64,000 nt of DNA from the human T2T-CHM13v2.0 reference genome, Homo sapiens, in the NCBI RefSeq assembly GCF_009914755.1, contig NC_060925.1. One strand, 5' to 3'. Below the pieces are notes generated by a model. That model was given only the letters and a program-made list of their open reading frames with translations. It had not been told where the DNA came from and did not search any database. Below, piece by piece: positions 57,201 through 64,000 of this stretch (its first letter is position 1; each line of letters opens with the position of its first letter). The position numbers and the translations under genes are program-made.

Positions 57201-59920
57201 ATCGAATGGAATTATCATCAAATGGACTCGAATGGAATCAACATCAAACGGAATCAAACGGAATTGTCGAATGGAATCAAAGAGAATCATCGAACGGACT
57301 CGAATGGAATCATCTAATGGAATGGAATGGAAGAATCCATGGACTCGAATGCAATCATCATCGAATGGAATCGAATGGAATCATCGAATGGAGTCGAATG
57401 GAATAATCATTGAACGGAATCGAATGAATCATCATCGGATGGAAACGAATGGAATCATCATCGAATGGAATCGAATGGGATCATCAAATGGAATCAGATG
57501 GAATCATCATCAAATGGAATCGAATAGAATTATGGAATGAAATCCAATGTGATCATCATTGAATGGACTCGAATGGAATCATCATCCAATGGAAACTAAT
57601 GGAATCAACATCGAATGGAATCGAATGAAAACACCATCGAATTGAAAGGAATGGAATTATCATGAAATTGAAATGGATGGACTCATCATCGAATGGATTC
57701 GAATGGAATCATCAAATGAAATTGATTGAAATCATCATCAAATGGAATCGAAAGGAATCATTGAATGGAATCGAATGGAATCATCATCAGATGGAAATGA
57801 ATGGAATCATCATAGAATGGAATCGCATGGATTCATTGAATGGAATCAGATGGAATCATCGAATGGGCTTGAATGGAATCATTGAATGGACTCGAATGGA
57901 ATCATTATGGAATGGAATTGAATAGAATCATCGAATGGTCTCGAATGGAATCATTATCAAATGAAGTCGAATGGAATCACCGAATAGAATCGAATGGAAC
58001 AATCATCGAATGGACTCAAATGGAATTATCCTCAAATGGAATCAAATGGATTTATCGAATGCAATCGAATGGAATTATCGAATGCAATCGAATAGAATCA
58101 TCGAATGGACTCGAATGGAATCATCGAGTGGAATGCAATGGATTAATCCATGGACTCGAATTCAATCACCATCGAATACAATCGAATGGAGTCATCGAAT
58201 CGACTCAAATGGAATAATCATTGAATGGAATCGAATGGAATCATCGAGTGGAATCGAATGGAATCATGATCAAATGGAATCGAATGTAATCATCATCAAA
58301 TGGCATCAAAAATAAACATCATCAATAGGTATTGAATGGAATTGTCATCAAACGGAATTCAAAGGAATCATCATCAAATGGAACCGAATGGAATCCTCAT
58401 TGAATGGAAATGAAAGGAGTCATCATCTAATGGAATCGCATGGAATCATCATCAAATGGAATCGAATGGAATCATCATCAAATGGAATCGAATGGAATCA
58501 TTGAACGGAATTGAATGGAATCGTCATCGAATGAATTCAATGCAATCAACGAATGGTCTCGAATGGAACCACCTCCAAATGGAAAGAAATGGAATCATCG
58601 CACAGAATCAAATGGAATTATCATCGAATGGACTCGAATGGAATCAACATCAAACGGAATCAAACGGAATTATCGAATGGAATCGAAGAGAATCATCGAA
58701 CGGACTCGAATGGAATCATCTAATGGAATGGAATGGAAGAATCCATGGACTCGAATGCAATCATCATCGAATGGAATCGAATGGAATCATCGAATGGACT
58801 CGAATGGAATAATCATTGAACGGAATCGAATGAATCATCATCGGATGGAAACGAATGGAATCATCATCGAATGGAATCGAATGGGATCATCAAATGGAAT
58901 CAGATGGAATCATCATCAAATGGAATCGAATAGAATTATGGAATGAAATCCAATGTGATCATCATTGAATGGACTCGAATGGAATCATCATCCAATGGAA
59001 ACTAATGGAATCAACATCGAATGGAATCGAATGGAAACACCATCGAATTGAAACGAATGGAATTATCATGAAATTGAAATGGATGGACTCATCATCGAAT
59101 GGATTCGAATGGAATCATCGAATGAAATTGATTGAAATCATCATCAAATGGAATCGAAAGGAATCATTGAATGGAATCGAATGGAATCATCATCAGATGG
59201 AAATGAATGGAATCATCATAGAATGGAATCGCATGGATTCATTGAATGGAATCAGATGGAATCATCGAATGGGCTTGAATGGAATCGTTGAATGCACTCG
59301 AATGGAATCATTATGGAATGGAATTGAATAGAATCATCGAATGGTCTCGAATGGAATCATTATCAAATGAAGTCGAATGGAATCACCGAATAGAATCGAA
59401 TGGAACAATCATCGAATGGACTCAAATGGAATTATCCTCAAATGGAATCAAATGGATTTATCGAATGCAACCGAATGGAATTATCGAATGCAATCGAATA
59501 GAATCATCGAATGGACTCGAATGGAATCATCGAGTGGAATGCAATGGATTAATCCATGGACTCGAATTCAATCACCATCGAATACAATCGAATGGAGTCA
59601 TCGAATCGACTCAAATGGAATAATCATTGAATGGAATCGAATGGAATCATCGAGTGGAATCGAATGGAATCATGATCAAATGGAATCGAATGTAATCATC
59701 ATCAAATGGAATCAAAAATAAGCATCATCAATTGGTATTGAATGGAATTGTCATCAAACGGAATTCAAAGGAATCATCATCAAATGGAACCGAATGGAAT
59801 CCTCATTGAATGGAAATGAAAGGAGTCATCATCTAATGGAATCGCATGGAATCATCATCAAATGGAATCGAATGGAATCATCATCAAATGGAATCTAATG
59901 GAATCATTGAACGGAATTGA
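54297..59920 (+). repeat. Two tandem copies of a 2812-bp (1406+1406) all-A-type dimer
   Basis: ORF starts are 54297/57109 and 55703/58515. Markers are GAATGAAAAC at 54811/57623, CGCACAGAATCAAA at 55787/58599 and TGCACTCGA at 56481/59293. Confidence 0.9.
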
Positions 59921-60830
59921 ATGGAATCGTCATCGAATGAATTGAATGCAATCAACGAATGGTCTCGAATGGAACCACCTCCAATTGGAATGGAATGGAA
60001 TCATCGCATAGAATCGAATGGAATTATCATCGAATGGACTCGAATGGAATCAACATCAAACGGAATCAAACGGAATTATCGAATGGAATCGAAGAGAATC
60101 ATCGAATGGACTCGAATGGAATCATCTAATGGAATGGAATGGAAGAATCCATGGACTCGAATGCAATCATCATCGAATGGAATCGAATGGAATCATCGAA
60201 TGGACTCGAATGGAATAATCATTGAATGGAATCGAATGGAATCATCATCGGATGGAAACGAATGGAATCATCAAATGGAATCAGATGGAATCATCATCAA
60301 ATGGAATCGAATAGAATTATGGAATGAAATCCATTGTGATCATCATCGAATGGACTCGAATGGAATCATCATCCAATGGAAACTAATGGAATCAACATCG
60401 AATGGAATCGAATGGAAACTCCATCGAATTGAAACGAATGGAATTATCATGAAATGGAAATGGATGGACTCATCATCGAATGGATTCGAATGGAATCATC
60501 GAATGAAATTGATTGAAATCATCATCAAATGGAATCGAATGGAATCATTGAATGGAATCGAATGGAATCATCATCAGATGGAAATGAATGGAATCATCAT
60601 AGAATGGAATCGAGTTGATTCATTGAATGGAATCAGATGGAATTATCGAATGGACTTGAATGGAATCATTGAATGGACTCGAATGGAATCATTATTGAAT
60701 GGAATTGAATGGAATCATCGAATGGTCTCGAATGGAATCATTATCAAACGGAATCGAATGGAATCACCGAATAGAATCGAATGGAACAATCATCGAATGG
60801 ACTCAAATGGAATTATCCTCAAATGGAATC

Positions 60831-60856
60831 GAATGGAATTATCGAATGGAATTATC
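60831..60856 (+). repeat. Private 13-bp tandem duplication GAATGGAATTATC x2
   Basis: Read directly at 60831-60843 and 60844-60856. It explains the unique 1334-bp monomer (1321+13). Confidence 0.88.
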
Positions 60857-63800
60857 GAATGCAATCGAATGGAATAATCGAATACAATCGAATAGAATCA
60901 TCGAATGGACTTCAAAGGAATCATCTGTTGAAATGGAATGGAATAGTCAATGAACTCGAATGGAATCATCATTGAATGGAATCATCGAGTGCAATCGAAT
61001 GGAATCATGATCAAATGGAATCGAAAGTAATCATCATCAAATGCAATCAAAAATAACCATCATCAATTGGTATTGAATGGAATTGTCATCAAACGGAATT
61101 CAAAGGAATCATCATCAAATGGAACCGAATGGAATCCTCATTGAATGGAAATGAAAGGAGTCATCATCTAATGGAATCGCATGGAATCATCATCAAATGG
61201 AATCGAATGGAATCATCGCCAATGGAATATAACGGAAGCATTGAACGGAATTGAATGGAATCGTCATCGAATGAATTGAATGCAATCAACGAATGGTCTC
61301 GAATGGAGCCATCTGCAAATGGAATGGAATGGAATCATCGCATAGAATCGAATGGAATTATCATCGAATGGACTCGAATGGAATCAACATCAAACGGAAT
61401 CAAAGGGAATTATCGAATGGAATCGAAGAGAATCATCGAACGGACTCGAATGGAATCATCTAATGGAATGGAATGGAAGAATCCATGGACTCGAATGCAA
61501 TCATCATCGAATGGAATCGAATGGAATCATCGAATGGACTCGAATGGAATAATCATTGAACGGAATCGAATGAATCATCATCGGATGGAAACGAATGGAA
61601 TCATCATCGAATGGAATCGAATGGGATCATCAAATGGAATCAGATGGAATCATCATCAAATGGAATCGAATAGAATTATGGAATGAAATCCAATGTGATC
61701 ATCATTGAATGGACTCGAATGGAATCATCATCCAATGGAAACTAATGGAATCAACATCGAATGGAATCGAATGGAAACACCATCGAATTGAAACGAATGG
61801 AATTATCATGAAATTGAAATGGAAGGACTCATCATCGAATGGATTCGAATGGAATCATCGAATGAAATTGATTGAAATCATCATCAAATTGAATCGAAAG
61901 GAATCATTGAATGGAATCGAATGGAATCATCATCAGATGGAAATGAATGGAATCATCATAGAATGGAATCGAATGGATTCATTGAGTGAAATCAGATGGA
62001 ATCATCGAATGGACTTGAATGGAATCGTTGAATGGACTCGAATGGAATCATTATTGAATGGAATTGAATAGAATCATCGAATGGTCTCGAATGGAATCAT
62101 TATCAAATGAAGTCGAATGGAATCACCGAATAGAATCGAATGGAACAATCATCGAATGGACTCAAATGGAATTATCCTCAAATGGAATCAAATGGATTTA
62201 TCGAATGCAATCGAATGGAATTATCGAATGAAATCGAATAGAATCATCGAATGGACTCGAATGGAATCATCGAGTGGAATGCAATGGATTAATCCATGGA
62301 CTCGAATTCAATCACCATCGAATACAATCGAATGGAGTCATCGAATCGACTCAAATGGAATAATCATTGAATGGAATCGAATGGAATCATCGAGTGGAAT
62401 CGAATGGAATCATGATCAAATGGAATCGAATGTAATCATCATCAAATGGAATCAAAAATAAACATCATCAATTGGTATTGAATGGAATTGTCATCAAATG
62501 GAATTCAAAGGAATCATCATCAAATGGAACCGAATGGAATCCTCATTGAATGGAAATGAAAGGAGTCATCATCTAATGGAATCGCATGGAATCATCATCA
62601 AATGGAATCGAATGGAATCATCATCAAATGGAATCTAATGGAATCACTGAACGGAATTGAATGGAATCGTCTTCGAATGAATTGAATGCAATCAACGAAT
62701 GGTCTCGAATGGAACCACCTCCAAATGGAATGGAATGGAATCATCGCATAGAATCGAATGGAATTATAATCGAATGGACTCGAATGGAATCAATATCAAA
62801 CGGAATCAAACGGAATTATCGAATGGAATCGAAGAGAATCATCGAATGGACTCGAATGGAATCATCTAATGGAATGGAATGGAAGAATCCATGGTCTCGA
62901 ATGCAATCATCATCGAATGGAATCGAATGGAATCATGGAATGGACTCGAATGGAATAATCATTGAATGGAATCGAATGGAATCATCATCGGATGGAAACG
63001 AATGGAATCATCAAATGGAATCAGATGGAATCATCATCAAATGGAATCGAATAGAATTATGGAATGAAATCCATTGTGATCATCATCGAATGGACTCGAA
63101 TGGAATCATCATCCAATGGAAACTAATGGAATCAACATCGAATGGAATCGAATGGAAACTCCATCGAATTGAAACGAATGGAATTATCATGAAATTGAAA
63201 TGGATGGACTCATCATCGAATGGATTCGAATGGAATCATCGAATGAAATTGATTGAAATCATCATCAAATGGAATCGAATGGAATCATTGAATGGAATCG
63301 AATGGAATCATCATCAGATGGAAATGAATGGAATCATCATAGAATGGAATCGAGTGGATTCATTGAATGGAATCAGATGGAATCATCGAATGGAGTTGAA
63401 TGGAATCATTGAATGGACTCGAATGGAATCATTATTGAATGGAATTGAATGGAATCATCGAATGGTCTCGAATGGAATCATTATCAAATGGAATCGAATG
63501 GAATCACCGAATAGAATCGAATGGAATAATCATCGAATGGACTCAAATGGAATTATCCTCAAATGGAATCGAATGGAATTATCGAATGCAATCGAATGGA
63601 ATAATCGAATGCAATCGAATAGAATCATCGAATGGACTTGAAAGGAATCATCGATTGAAATGGAATGGAATAGTCAATGAACTCGAATGGAATCATCATT
63701 GAATGGAATCATCGAGTGGAATCGAATGGAATCATGATCAAATGGAATCGAAAGTAATCATCATCAAATGGATTCAAAAATAACCATCATCAATTGGTAT

Positions 63801-64000
63801 TGAATGGAATTGTCATCAAACGGAATTCAAAGGAATCATCATCAAATGGAACCGAATGGAATCCTCATTGAATGGTAATGAAAGGAGTCATCATCCAATG
63901 GAATCGCATGGAATCATCATCAAATGGAATCGAATGGAATCATCATCAAATGGAATCTAATGGAATCATTGAACGGAATTGAATGGAATCGTCATCGAAT

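Larger units (their letters stand above)
1..63982 (+). repeat. 47 tandem ~1.3-1.4-kb monomers (nested tandem repeat); probably the ~1.4-kb chr1q12 HSat2A2 subfamily
   Basis: The landmark GGAATTGAATGGAATCGTCATCGAATGAATT (ORF-track 'MESSSNE(L/F)NAINE') recurs at 1352, 2758, 4079, 5460, 6867, 8248, 9655, 11035, 12442, 13848, 15169, 16550, 17898, 19279, 20575, 21981, 23274, 24622 ... 59921, 61255, 62661, 63983. Spacings are 1198-1407 bp, mean about 1363. The periodicity is seen directly; the subfamily and chromosome call is from recall (about 0.65 on its own). Confidence 0.9.
1..64000 (+). repeat. Human satellite II (HSat2/HSATII) tandem array, GGAAT strand, uninterrupted
   Basis: The entire window is diverged (GGAAT)n with the HSat2 hallmark CATCATCGAATGGAATCGAATGGAAT / GAATGGACTCGAATGGAATCATC. 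It has dense TCGA (TaqI) sites and 23/26-bp units. It lacks the long pure GGAAT runs typical of HSat3. Confidence 0.98.

Noticed and set aside
42-63702. The many ORFs of 63-326 aa as protein-coding genes
   Set aside because: They are overlapping multi-frame translations of GGAAT/ATC repeats (MESNGIIEWNR). They are broken by random stops and frame-shifting indels among paralogues, and have no recognisable domain or codon structure.
1-64000. CRISPR-like array or repeat-spacer system
   Set aside because: There are no unique spacers between repeats and no cas or other genes. The intervening sequence is itself degenerate satellite.
1-64000. HSat3, alpha satellite or telomeric repeat
   Set aside because: Pure GGAAT runs are at most about three units, and ATCATCGAATGG words dominate. 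There is no 171-bp period and no TTAGGG tracts.
1-64000. Inversion breakpoint or embedded L1/Alu/ERV insertion
   Set aside because: The strand polarity is constant and all 47 monomer spacings are 1407 bp or less, leaving no room for an insertion. I saw no poly-A tail or target-site duplication.
1-64000. A previously undescribed gene-based biological system
   Set aside because: Nothing but satellite sequence is present. Any novelty is limited to array architecture and its mutational history.

Overview
The whole 64-kb window is one uninterrupted, single-orientation array of classical human satellite II (HSat2/HSATII), read here on the GGAAT strand. It is built from 23/26-bp ATC(ATC)GAATGGAATCGAATGGAATC-type units. 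These are nested in 47 tandem monomers of about 1.2-1.4 kb (long A type about 1380-1407 bp, short B type about 1293-1348 bp). The period best fits the ~1.4-kb chromosome 1q12 subfamily (HSat2A2), an assignment made from recall and not searched. I see no genes, RNA genes, transposon insertions, CRISPR arrays or inversions, and the ORF track is a repeat artefact. I found no new gene-based system. What is informative is the higher-order organisation, readable from shared variants: a 5515-bp 4-mer with derived 2787-bp dimers (1-16.5 kb); a 9484-bp 7-mer in three copies plus a partial precursor (19.3-52.9 kb), whose middle copy looks like an unequal-crossover hybrid; a 2812-bp dimer (54.3-59.9 kb); diverged monomers at domain borders; and indels mostly quantised to the 26-bp unit. 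All variant comparisons were made by eye.
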